Assembly: GCA_951406725.2 (NCBI GenBank)
Contig: OX597819.1
Location: forward strand, 13,082,001-13,146,000
Source of the DNA: Octopus vulgaris
Taxonomy: Eukaryota
Length of the DNA: 64,000 nt
Direction of reading: 5' to 3'
Position 1 is the first letter of the stretch. Every line of letters starts with the position of its first letter. The notes beneath the pieces are model-generated. The model worked only from the letters and a program-made list of their open reading frames with translations, was not told where the DNA came from and made no database searches. Below are positions 38,061-50,654 of the stretch, piece after piece. The position numbers were made by a program, and so were the translations under genes.

Positions 38061-38729
38061 AAACATTGTTCTACACGAGAAATTCTACCTGTATTCGAAG
38101 TTTCAAACTGTTTAATTAAAAAAATGAATTAAAAAATCTGTGATTGAGATGGAATAGATCTGCCAGATCTCCCTAAATCATCTTTAAAAAAGGCAAGGAT
38201 ACATTTGATAATGTGATTCCAGATGTAGATGGTATAAACTAGACAGAAAGGTGATGACTGGAATGTTTTTGATCATAGACACACATACATACATACGTTG
38301 GGCTTCTTTCAGTTTCTGTCTACAAAATCTACTTAGAAGGCTTTAGTCAGCCCAAGGCTATAGTAGAAGACACTTGCCCAAGGTGCCACACAGTGGGACT
38401 GAACCCGGAACCATGTGGGATTTTTTTAAACATTGCATAGCTATGAGGGTCCACCCAAGTAAAAAAGGATTCAAACAGTCCTTAGCAAGAAAAGGGTTGA
38501 CAAACACTGCTCTGTTTGCTAGAAATAACAGCTGAATCATTCAACTCATGTCTTACAGTTTTAGAGAAGAGAAAGTGTGGATCAGGGTGAATTATTGGAT
38601 AGTGTGGTCCCAGATATATGTGCCTGAAGAAAAGACAGGATGGTCGTATCTAGAGTGCCTTTCAATACAAATCTATATTTACTCATTTATAGCTGATTTG
38701 AACTAAATAAATATCAGACAAGACTCTGT

Positions 38730-39160
38730 AATACAGAAGTTTGCTTCCCAATCACATGGTTCTGGGTTCGGTCCCATTGTGTGGCACCTTGAGCAAGTGT
38801 ATTCTACTATAGCCTCAGGCTGATCAAAGCCTTGTGAGTGGATTTGGTAGATGGAAACTGAAAGAAGCTCGTCGTATATATGTGTGTGTGTGTGTTTGTC
38901 CCCCTTCCCCAACATGCACACAAACAACAGAGACTATTTGAACACCCTATATGTTTGTTTGTCTACCCACCATCACTTGACAACCGATGTTGGTGTGTTT
39001 ACGTCCCCGTAACTTAGCGGTTTGGCAAAAGAGACCGATAGAACAAGTACTAGGCTTACAAGGAATAAGTCCTGGGGTCAGTTTCCTCGACTAAAGGCAG
39101 TGCTCCAGCATGGCCACTGTCAAATGACTGAAACAACTAAAAGAGTAAGAGTAAAGAGTA
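38730..39160 (+). mobile_element. SINE-A diverged / composite
   Basis: CORE-like region and 3' half with aagagt tail. Confidence 0.8.
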
Positions 39161-39267
39161 TACTACAAAATAATATAAAAATACTATGAAGAATATAATA
39201 AATATCGAAACTACTCTAACCACATCAAAACACTAGAATTCCATTACCAATGTTATATTATTTCCAT

Positions 39268-39556
39268 GGCAGCTAGCTGGCAGAAACGTTAGCACGCTGG
39301 CTGAAATGCTTAGTGATATTTCATCTGTCTTTACATTCTGAGTTCAAATTCCACCAAGGTTGACTTTGCCTTTCATTCTTTTGGCGCAGGAGTGGCTGTG
39401 TGGTAAGTAGCTTGCTTACCAACCACATGGTTTAGGGTTCAGTTCCACTGCGTGACATCTTGGGGGGCAAGTGTCTTCTGCTATAGCGTCGGGCCGACCA
39501 AAGCCTTGTGAGTGGATTTGGTAGACGGAAACTGAAAGAAGCCTGTCGTATATATG

Positions 39557-39587
<31 letters not shown>

Positions 39588-39897
39588 ATGTTTGTGTGTC
39601 TGTGTTTGTCCCCCTAGCACCACTTGACAACTGATGCTGGTGTGTTTACGTCCCCATTACTTAGCGGTTCGGCAAAAAGAGACCTGATAGAATAAGTACT
39701 GGGCTTACAAAGAATAAGTCCCAGGGTCGATTTGCTCGACTAAAGGCGGTGCTCCAGCATGGCCACAGTCAAATGACTGAAACAAGTAAAAGAGTAAAGA
39801 GTATCGATAAATTAAGTACCAGTTGCATACTGGGGTTGATCTAATCAACTGCCCCCCCCACCTCCCAAATTTTGGGCCTTGGTGCCTAGAGTAGAAA
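39268..39897 (+). mobile_element. SINE-B2 interrupted by a full-length SINE-A (39383-39802)
   Basis: SINE-B breaks at ..tttcattctttt and resumes at tcgataaattaagtacc. Confidence 0.9.
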
Positions 39898-40497
39898 AGA
39901 ATATTAGATTATTTACAGTATCACTGCCACTACTTCACAGTCACTATTAAGACTGCACTTTTAGTATATCAGCATTCAGAGGGAACCTCTACATGGTCAT
40001 TCAGCTACTGTCGGTCATTCGGGAATAGCACACATTGGTCAATGGTCAACAAGAGCCAAACCTTGGACCGCCCCCCCTCTGATGCTTGGAGATGATTTGA
40101 TATAAAGTTGAATGGCGTGTCTTAAGAGGGAAGGAGGTCGTGGGGGTGGGGGAGGGGCAATGTAGCTATCATCACTACTGCCACAACAATCTGCACTACC
40201 ACCACCATCACCACCACCACCACCCCGCCGCCGCCGCCGCCACCACCACCACCATCACTACTATCATCATCACTACCACCACCACCATCATCATCATCAT
40301 AAGCAACAGCCGCAGCCATTTGTTCATATTAAGACAGGACAAAAATAAAACAAAACAAGCAAACAGAAAAAAAAAAAACAGATGACCTTATAGAAAGAAA
40401 TGGGGGGTGGGGGATAGAAGAAAGGTGGGAGAGGGGGAAATAACTGTAGAAGTGGTGGTGGTGGTGGTGAGGTGGAAAGAAAGGGTGAAAGAAATGG

Positions 40498-40534
<37 letters not shown>

Positions 40535-42165
40535 TGAGAGAGTAAAAGAAAGGAGAAAAAAGAACCTTTGTCTTAAGTCATTACAAGTTGTGGTGGTGGC
40601 GGTGGTGGTTCAGGGTGGCTCAGGGTGGCTGTGATGATAGTTAAGGGCCAGCAGTGGAGTAAGGGTGTGGTGGTGGTGGAGGGGTGGGGGTAGAACAAGG
40701 GAGATGGTTGACTGCTGGAATGTTCCTTTATTAGTTTGAGGAATCCCAGAAGGCAACTGTGTAGGGTTTCACTCCTTGCTGTTTACGTTTTCCTTTCACC
40801 CCAGGGTGGATGTGACATCCCCTACTGATTAGGATAGATCCCTTTTCTGGAGACAACAGCCGGGGGGGGGGGTGACTGGAGTGTGGGTGAGGTGGGGGTG
40901 AAATAAAACATGGTGTATGTCTGTCTGTGTGTTTGTGTGTTGATATATTCCTTTTTATCTTTTAGATGTTTGTTTTCATTCATGAGACTGCGGTCATGCT
41001 GGGGCACCATTTTGAAGAATTTTCTAGTCGAATGAATTAACTCCAGTACCTCCGTTTCTTTCTTTTTTTTTTTACAGTCTATCATAGCCTTCTTTGTGAA
41101 AGGTGGCAACATACAATTTGTTGAGAGAGAGGGGTATTTGACTGCATTTTCTAGCACATCCAGCTACCACATAGCATGTCCCTTGCTTTAGATAATTCCA
41201 TGTTTGCTGTCATAGCTATATTCCTCTGTTTCCATTGTGTTGGTACAAATCGATGCTTTCCAAAATAACTTGCACATTTATTTGAAAGTCTTTAGAATAA
41301 GGAAGCATCAGTTCTTCATCTCGAATGATAAAATAAACATCATCAACATTTTGTTGGTCAATTTAAGCTTTTGTTGGATGAGATGAGAATTGGGCAGGGG
41401 GGGGCTTTGGTAAGAAAGTCTTTTACAGGATTGGATTCAGTAGGGAAGCAAGATAGTTTTTTATGTTTTGTTCTGTTTTGTTTTAAGTTCATCAGAAGAA
41501 ATTTGTGGAGCATTCAAGTGGAGTGGGATGGATATAAAGGAATTTTAACATTGAGTCATAAGATAGGAGTAAACAAGACTCTGAGGAGAAGAAAGAAAGC
41601 AGGTTGCTTCTGGGATTCTAAGTAAAGGAAAAACGTGGTGGTGGGGGATGGAGCTGTGGATGAAGAGGAGAGGTGGGTGGTTAAGAGATTTGGAAAGTTG
41701 ATGCAATGAAATTTGACAAACTTCATTAACTGATACTGAAGTACACAGAAGAAATTTGGTTTGAAATTAAGCTAATCTTTTGGGATGTCTGGGAATATTG
41801 GAGATTAGAGTAAATTTTCTTTGACATAGACACTTTGAATACACATAAATATCTTCATAATTAGATTCTTCTTACCATCCCTAGATTCAGAAATTCACAT
41901 CTTGTATACATTTACACAATAACCGGAACAATCAAAAGCATTTCCAAAATACCTTTATTCCCAAAAATGAAAATTTATATGAAATACGATATAAAATGGA
42001 ATATGAACATGTTGGGTTATCAAAAGGAATAAGAGAACAAGGGAGAGAGAGAAGGAGTGGAAAGAGAAAGAGAGACAGACAGATACAAAGAGCAATAAAG
42101 CTTTCAGTGATTAAGCAAGATGTACACCTGTCTTAACTGGGGGAGTTTTTTTGTCATTCAATTAA

Positions 42166-42371
42166 CCCTTTCGATACCAACCCAGCTGAAACCACCTCTG
42201 GCTTTGTAGTACAATGTTCTGAATAAAAATCTTCCACCAAGCCTTAATCACAATTTATTTCCCTAACACTAATTTAGTGATTACTAAGTTATTTTACTAA
42301 ATTCTTAGTTATATTTAAAATTAATTGAAAGAAACACAGAAAATCTCAACAGAAATATGGTAACAAAGGGG
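42166..42371. mobile_element. piggyBac-like MITE
   Basis: TTAA on both sides; termini ccctttcgatacca / tggtaacaaagggg; related copies at 56902, 57373 and diverged ones near 23.9, 54.0 and 59.9 kb. Confidence 0.8.
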
Positions 42372-42407
42372 TTAAACTAATCAAGGAAAGAGACAGACCA
42401 CAGACAA

Positions 42408-43102
42408 ACTCTTTTACTTGGTTCAGTTATTTGACTGCGGCCATGCTGGAGCACCACCTTTAGTTGAATAAATCGACTCCAGGACTTATTCTTTGTAAGC
42501 CTAGCACTTATTCAATTGAGCTCTTATTGCCAAACTGCTAAGTGACGGATACATAAATACACCAACATCGGTTGTTGAGTGATTGTGGGGGTACAGACAC
42601 AAACAACAAACAAATACATACATATGTATACATACATACATATATATATGTGTTTTTACTATTTATCTTATATTAAACTTTTAATACTTTTTGATAGTTA
42701 TATAATTTACAAAAAAAAAAATAAAAATAAAAATATATATATATGTATATATTTAAAATTTATAAGTTTAAATAACTTTAATTTAAATATTTTAATTTGG
42801 AATTTTTTATATTTTATATTTTTTATATTTATATTTTATATTTTTTAATTAATTTTTTTCTATGTATTGGCTTATGATTTTCACTGTTTGATTTGCCTAA
42901 TAGTGGTTTTATCTCTAATTTAATATAATATATATATATATATATATACGACAGGCTTCTTTCAATTTCCATCTACCAAATCATCCACTCACAAGGTTTT
43001 GGTTGGCCTAAGGCTATAGTAGAAGACACTTGGTAAAGGTGCCACTCAGTGGGATTGAACCTGGAACCACACAGGTTCTTAGCACGCAGCCACTTCTGTG
43101 CC
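42408..43102 (-). mobile_element. SINE-A with an extremely AT-rich about-275-bp insert in its internal microsatellite
   Basis: 3' half 42408-42605, head half 42948-43102. Confidence 0.8.
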
Positions 43103-43211
43103 TAAAATATAGGTACACAATTTATACATACAGAATGAAACCAAGTATGTGATCATCACTATATATGTATGTGTGTGTGAGTGTGAAGTAATTCAATATA
43201 TATTGGGTTTC

Positions 43212-43592
43212 AAATTTTGACACAAGGCCAGCAAATTTGGGGGAGTAGGTAAGTCAACTGTTACTTATTTTAATAACCCTGAAAGGATAAACGATAAAGT
43301 TGGCTTTGGCGGAAATTGAACTCAGAGCATAAAACTGGACAAAATGCTTGGCTGCATTTTGTCCAGCATGCTAACAATCGTTCCAGCTTGCCACCCTAAG
43401 TTATTCAATATATATCTAGAAAACAAGGCGGCGAACTGGCAGAAACGTTAGCATACTGGGTGAAATGCTTAGTGGTATTTCGTCTGTCTTTATGTTCTGA
43501 GTTCAAATTCCGCCGAGGTCGACTTTGCCTTTCATCCTTTCTGGGTCGATTAAATAAGTACCTGTTATGCACTGAGGTCGACATAATCAACC
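43212..43592. mobile_element. Head-to-head SINE-B pair, duplicate of 32158-32540
   Basis: Shares private mutations and the unique spacer taagttattcaatatatatctagaaaacaagg. Confidence 0.85.
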
Positions 43593-43604
43593 TGTCCTCC
43601 TCTT

Positions 43605-43846
43605 TACACTTCATATTGACATTTCTGTGATAACGATCCCTATTGATCAATTTTTTCCTCCCCCTCCCCCTTTTTTAATTTTTAATTTATTTTTTTTATT
43701 TTACCCCCCCCTTTTTTCGTCCTCTTTCTTTCCTTTTACGATCTCTTTTGATCGAAAACCAAACCCCCTTTTTTACCCCCAAAAGAAAAGCTCTATCTTG
43801 TAATTTGTCCTGTCTGTGTGCAGCCCTGTGTGGCTAATAAAGAAAC
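43605..43846 (+). mobile_element. Probable LINE 3' UTR whose terminus resembles the SINE-B1 tail, followed by (TATC)n
   Basis: tttgtcctgtctgtgtgcagccctgtgtggctaataaagaaaca vs B1 tttgtcccctctgtgtttagccccttgtgggtaataaagaaata. Confidence 0.5.
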
Positions 43847-44345
<499 letters not shown>

Positions 44346-45195
44346 TGTGATTATCTACTCACTTCTAAAAATTTATATGTATGTGTGAATATGTAGGTGT
44401 GTGTGTGTGTGTATATATATATTAAGGTATGTATGTATATAACATTTGTATTAGTGTTTTCTTTTGTGTGTGTGTGTGTACCACTATTTTATTCGTCTCC
44501 CTCTTCTTTTGATCAAACGATATTAATATTCTATAACGGGCATGAATTACTAATATAACCATCCATACAGACAGCCACAGACTGCAGTCCACGAATCGTG
44601 GTGCCAGAAAGCCATGTGCCCACCTCTTCCAGTGGACTTGCGAATACTTTTACAGTTCCAATTCCACAATGTTACCATTGTGGGGGAATAAAAACAACAA
44701 CAACAACAACAAAAATAACAAAAAAAACCGTCAGCTGGGTGTAGGGAGGAGGAGAGGGTGTCAACTTATATGATGATACAATCTCCACTTTTTCCTCTCT
44801 TGTCTCCACCTCCTTATTTATATATTTAGCTTTCTCACACACACCCCCACCTTCTCTCGATGTTTTCGTAAATGAATAGATTTTCTTAAAACTCTGACAA
44901 TAATCTTCCTTATAAAGAAACATTAATATCTCACAGCTTTACGTTATTCGTTTGTTTACACACACACAACACACACACGCACACTATACACGCGTATATA
45001 CATTTGCTTTTATACTCATACCAGACTTTCATACATCGTTCCTAAAAAATATTTTCATAATTCATGTTCAGAGTTGAGGTTTTCTTTAGGCTAACGCGAT
45101 CTTTGATTGCTTCAGTTTTAGTTTCCCTTTTAACCAAATCTACCTTTATGGTAATATAGATCTTCTTTATTATACGCATTCCTGAACACATACAC

Positions 45196-45244
<49 letters not shown>

Positions 45245-45248
<4 letters not shown>

Positions 45249-45504
45249 TCAATAATAATATAGGGTGAAATTAATTTGGAATAATCATTAATTTCACCAA
45301 GTAGATTTCGGCATGTAAAAGCCCCATTCAAGGAAGGTTTAAGTAATACTAAGTAATTAAGGGTTTAGCAACGATTTGCCTCACCACACACCGAAATTAG
45401 AAATAGCAGTCAAAGAGTTAAGTAGAAAGAATAGCCATAACTCTTTGACTGCTATTTCTAAATTCGGTGTGTGGTGAGGCAAATCGTTGCTAAACCCTTA
45501 ATTA

Positions 45505-45565
<61 letters not shown>

Positions 45566-45950
45566 TACTTAATAATTAGGGTTCAGCAAAGATTTGCCTT
45601 ACCACATACCGAATTTTAGAAATAGCAGCCAAAAAACGTTAGCTATTTCTTCTACTTTAAAAAGGTGACCAGATATTGATTGATTTTCGTTACTTCTTCC
45701 TCTCTGCCTGTGTGGATTGTTTTCAAGTATTTTGGTTTTTCTGTGAGTCCCTTTTTAAAATAGAAGAAATAGCTAACGTTTTTTGGCTGCTATTTCTAAA
45801 ATTCGGTATGTGGTAAGGCAAATCTTTGCTGAACCCTAACTATTAAGTATTACTTAAGTTTACCATGAAATGGTCCCATTTTTCATGCCGAATTCTACTT
45901 GGTGAAATTATTGATTACTTCTTAATTAATTAATTTTACCCTTTGTTATT
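45245..45950. mobile_element. Two related fold-back elements back to back within (TA)n
   Basis: IR 45350-45420/45438-45508 and IR 45565-45665/45750-45850; outer parts 45255-45350 and 45850-45950 are also inverted homologues. Confidence 0.8.
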
Positions 45951-46108
45951 ATATATGTATATATATATACCGGAGTAAACACATAAATGTGCAACAAGGT
46001 GGAAAAAAGAGTACTCAAATACCAGTTTTGCATTCTAGCAAAAACTGTCCGACGAACGGCAACGGGAAACCATCAGGTTTTGTTGAATTTTCTGCTGCTT
46101 TAAATAAA

Positions 46109-46195
<87 letters not shown>

Positions 46196-46530
46196 ATGCA
46201 CTTAACATTACGATTAAAACTTGGGACCTATCTAAAATAAATATCACTAGAGCGTTGCTGCACTTATTCTGGGTGATCTTTAAGGGCCTTGTACTTTACA
46301 CGTCTACAACAGACACATACATATGAGGACACACACACACACAAGAAATATACACAAGACATATAAACACACAAGCATGTTCCTATGCTGTTGTAGGCGC
46401 AAACTTCCTTGAGGAAGAAGGGGAGCAGAAAAACGAAAAGTTAGTTTGTTTATAGTCGCCAGGCAGTAGCTTTGCCTGTTCCTCTGGCTGGCTGGCTGGC
46501 TCTTTCTTTCTCTCTCTCTCTCTTTCTCAC

Positions 46531-46654
46531 CCTTCACCTTCTGCTTGTGTCTTCTAAGATAGACGAACATGTAATAGAAAGTCGCCCTCCACCCCGCAAC
46601 CACCACTGCCGGCCAGCCTGGTGCTCCCAACATTGACCAATATAAGTCAAACAT
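46531..46654 (-). CDS. Candidate first coding exon (or uORF) of a minus-strand gene: MFDLYWSMLGAPGWPAVVVAGWRATFYYMFVYLRRHKQKVK
   Basis: GC-richer unique sequence in the CpG zone, ATG preceded by an in-frame stop, donor AGG|GTGAGA at 46531/46530 followed by (GA)n; phase 1; no homology recognised. Confidence 0.3.
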
Positions 46655-47022
46655 AAAACATTAGGTGAACAAAAGCAGTTCGCTTTCTCTCTCCTCGTCC
46701 ACCCTACCTTCAGAGAAACCAGAGGCCTTTTTACAACCGAACTTCGGGGGAGAGAGAGACAAGGCAACAATACAATGGCTTTCCGAAATAACTGCACTTA
46801 ACACCCTCACCCCGATGACATCAACCAAAAACACTGGGAGATTTTTTAATAACGATGGAACTGAAGTGAAATATTTTGGATTTTATTTTCTCTAATTTGA
46901 AAACATGATTGCAGAAAAGCGAACTATTAAGAAATTAAGAACAAAAGGGATTTAAAACAAGTTTGTTTTTTTTCTTAAATACATGAAATTATCGCGTCAC
47001 CTTCGCAACCCTAACATCGTGA

Positions 47023-47066
<44 letters not shown>

Positions 47067-48108
47067 TTATGTATATATATAGTATTTATGTATAGTATGT
47101 ATAGTGGTGTTGATTTTAATCTTTATTATTATTACTGTCATCCACTTTCTGCTCTCTCCCTCTTATCCGAGGTGGAGGTAGGAGAAAAACTAGTGATGAG
47201 AGATACTAAATTACCTCTGCCAGATTAAATATCTAACGTTAGAAGAGGCAGGTGTGGAGGAGTTGGAGACAGCTGTTGCACCCTGTTTCATCACCTCCAC
47301 CACCGGCCCTTCTCTCTCTCTCTCTCTCTCTCTACTCAGCCCCTTATCTCTATCTGTATACTTGGACATTCCGCCGCTATTTGGTGTCGTCCTCTCATTT
47401 TAAGCGGACAAACTCTCTAATTAGAAAAGATGTCAACCACCAATGTTTCACGTCGCTTTATTATTAGCCAGGATCATAAAAGGATTATTTATGTTTTCGC
47501 TGTTGGAAAGTTCCCTTTCGTGCCTTAGTTTCTTTCTCCTTGTATGCGATAATGTAGCTACCCTCTCCCTTAAATTGCTTCGCTGCCCCTTTAAATCAGT
47601 ACCGCTGGTTTAAACAGTCTTTTCAGATATCTTATAAACGCTCTATGTAATTAGGGGTCACTGGACGCTTTAATGAAACACCGACAACAACGATTGAATG
47701 AACATTATATTTTCTGTTAATTTCACGACAATCTTATTTCTGACTTTTCTACAAATTAGAACCGACACATACAAAGGTAAAATAATCTTCACTTCGCTAA
47801 TTAACATTCATTAACGGAAACAATGGAATCAGTATTTCGTCTGTTGGGGAATTTAACGAGGAGAATAAACACAAATCACTGCTACTACATTGACTGTGGA
47901 TTTAATAAGGATTTGACCAGGTCCTTATCAGTAGATATATCTTAAAGTTTTGAAGGAATATATATATACATGTTTGTGTATATATTAGCAAAAGTAACTT
48001 TAATACTTCTCTAAGCCAACTTTAATAATAGAACCCGGCAGCGGCAACGACAATCAATGTAGAATCAACAACTCGAAGTTTGCGCGCATATATATATATA
48101 TATCCATC

Positions 48109-48199
48109 ATGGATCATACAAATACCGATCTGGAACCGATGGATTCACAACAATTACAGTCTTTCTTTCGCAATTCACTGCACTGGGAGGATTATTACG
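48109..48199 (+). CDS. Candidate first coding exon of a plus-strand gene (MDHTNTDLEPMDSQQLQSFFRNSLHWEDYY)
   Basis: ccatcATGG start context, donor ACG|GTAGGT, phase 1, lies at the edge of the CpG-rich zone, splices in frame to 59235. Confidence 0.55.
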
Positions 48200-49109
48200 G
48201 TAGGTATTTTTCCTTTAGACATTTTCTTTGTGGAAATTGTCAACGGTTCTTCAGAAAACACGCACGCACGCACACATACATACACACGCATACTTCTAAA
48301 TCTTTGTCACTTCTCCCCCCCCCCCTTCTATGTATATATGTACCTTCTGTTTTACTTGTTTTTAGTTGTTGGGCTGCGGCCGAGCTGGGGCATTTATTGC
48401 CTTTATATGTTTTGTCGAGCAAATCGACGCCAGTATTTAAAATCTGGTACTTATTTTATCGTTCTCTTTTTGTTGAACCGTTAATCCTATAAAGGGGCTG
48501 TTGAGATAGCGAACCACGAAACGTGGTTGGAATTCCTTGAAAACGCTAACAAACCAATACCGGTTGTCAAATGGTGGGTCGATAAATTAAGTACCAGTTA
48601 CGCACTGGGGTCGATGCAATGGACTTAATACCTATGTCTGTCCTTGTTTGTCCCCTCTGTGTTTAACCCCTTGTGGGTAATAAAGAAATAGGAGAGGATA
48701 AACATTTGCGCGCACTCAGACACACACACACCATGAAGTTTAAGTGGCTGAAGACTCTCCTCACCACCCCCTGGACGGGACACTGGTCTCTCACAGAGTT
48801 AACTCACCAGCTTTCGTTTTATTCATTTTCGTTGAAGCTTGATGATTTACTCGTCACTAATGTTTTTCAGTTTTGTGCATTCATCAAAGCAATTGGTTGT
48901 GTGTGTGTGTATGTGTGTGTGTGCGTGCGCGCGCGCAAGGAGAAAGAGTGTGACGCCCGGAAGAAATATGGTAAACGGCTTTAAGACAAACGTCTTTTAG
49001 GATTTTGATTTCAATTCCTTGGATGTAATTGTCATCTTGTACTGGGGATGGCTGAAACATCCCATTTGTGTCTCTTTGCATACATGTCCCCTTCTCTCTC
49101 TCTCTCTCG

Positions 49110-49230
49110 TGTATGTATGTATGTATGTATGTATGTATGTATGTATGTATGTATGTATGTATGTATGTATGTATGTATGTATGTATGTATCTATCTATCT
49201 ATCTATCTATCTACACACACACACACTCAC
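49110..49230. repeat. (TATG)n(TATC)n(CA)n microsatellite
   Basis: Direct inspection. Confidence 0.97.
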
Positions 49231-50497
49231 ACAATATTTTCCTCAACAAATTCATATGTAATCATAAAGTAATCCATCTGGAAAGTATCTTTAGAAAATT
49301 TCATTAAAAAATATAAATTTTTCTGAAAGTTATGAGGAAACAAAGTTGGTAGGGGTGGTGTGCATACACTCATGTAGGTATGCCTCTGTGTGTGTGTGTG
49401 TGTGTTGGTTATGGCAAGTTATTAAAAAGAACAATTTAACATTAACCCGAAGGATTACTCTATACTTTGTGGTCGAGTAACAAACTTCTTGCAAGAGAAA
49501 GGTTGACAGTGACTTCAAAGTCGCAGTTTGCCCTCAATATCTGATGAAGGTGAACCAGTTGAAACTTTGAAGTTACTCTCAACCTTTTCGCTATAAAAAG
49601 TCTAGATATGAAGAACACCTTGCTTCCATTCTGCCTTATTTTTGTTGCAAATTGTTTACACCCGCGTGCAGTATGGGCAAAGCTGAAGAGGATTGATAAT
49701 ATTGAAACATGTCCATTACTTCTACTGTCTGAAACACAAGACCTATTTCTTTACTATCCACAAGGGGCTAAACACAGAGAGGACAAGCAAGGACAGATAA
49801 ACGAATTAAGTCGATTATATAACTGGTACTTATTTAATCGACCCCGAAAGGATGAAAGGCAAAGTCGACCTTTTATCCTTTCGGGGTCGATTAAATAAAT
49901 ACCAGTTATGCACTGGATTCGATAAGACCATTTCGAATTTACTGCAGCTATTTTCCTTGCTGGTTGCTTTAAGATTTTTATCCCTACTCCCACCCCTACA
50001 CAAGAAAGGGTTAATGCTTGTCTATACTTATTGTTTTCATACTCTTCAGTTAATCCAAGTTTTACAACACAATATATTACAATATTATATGGTTAGACTC
50101 CTTTCATTGTATTTAGTGTCCCAAATACTTTTTGCTTAATTATATTGTTGGCATATCTCCGTTTTTCTAACGTACACATACGGTGTTTATATACATATAT
50201 ATTTATAAATCTTTTATTATGGAGATGTACTTGCATAGCAAGTGACCTGATCTGAGATCATGTGCTGGAATGAAAACAGTTGCAGTGTGGATGGTGTTTA
50301 TAATTTTGTCAGTGGTCTCAAAGTGACGAAAATATTTTGGAAAATTTAATTTAAATGTTGAAGTGAATCTAACGGTTTTTGTGTGTTTTTAAATGGCTTA
50401 TAAACACCTTCCATGTTGTAACTGTTCTCTCTTAAATAATATTAAAGATAGAACAGTTACCAAAATACATACTATTGCTTAACCATTTTCTCACACC

Positions 50498-50545
50498 GTC
50501 TCTGATGAAGGGATATATAAAATATCCCAGAAATAGCTATAAGAC
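50498..50545 (+). ncRNA. Minimal type I hammerhead ribozyme motif (core intact)
   Basis: GTCT-CTGATGA-A-GGGATAT(ATAAA)ATATCCC-A-GAAA-TAGCTA-TA-AGAC: 4-bp stem I, 7-bp stem II, palindromic stem III ATAGCTAT. Confidence 0.82.
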
Positions 50546-50615
50546 CTTCTATTTATAAATATTCTGAACTCTTTCACAGCCTTGGATTTTTATCTCATTC
50601 TGTTAATTTGTATAA

Positions 50616-50654
<39 letters not shown>

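Larger units (their letters stand above)
36759..38160. mobile_element. Long-TIR MITE (Mutator-like), interrupted by Helitron copy 3 and a SINE-A
   Basis: About 215-bp TIRs once inserts are removed (36760-36901+37304-37378 vs 37531-37645+38061-38160); direct repeat CTGCCAGAT at 36749-36757 and 38160-38168. Confidence 0.8.
44500..49000. promoter_or_regulatory. CpG-retaining region, candidate bidirectional promoter
   Basis: CpG and CGCG are visibly more frequent in non-repeat sequence here than elsewhere in the window (not counted); SINE-poor; flanked by two divergent candidate first exons. Confidence 0.5.
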
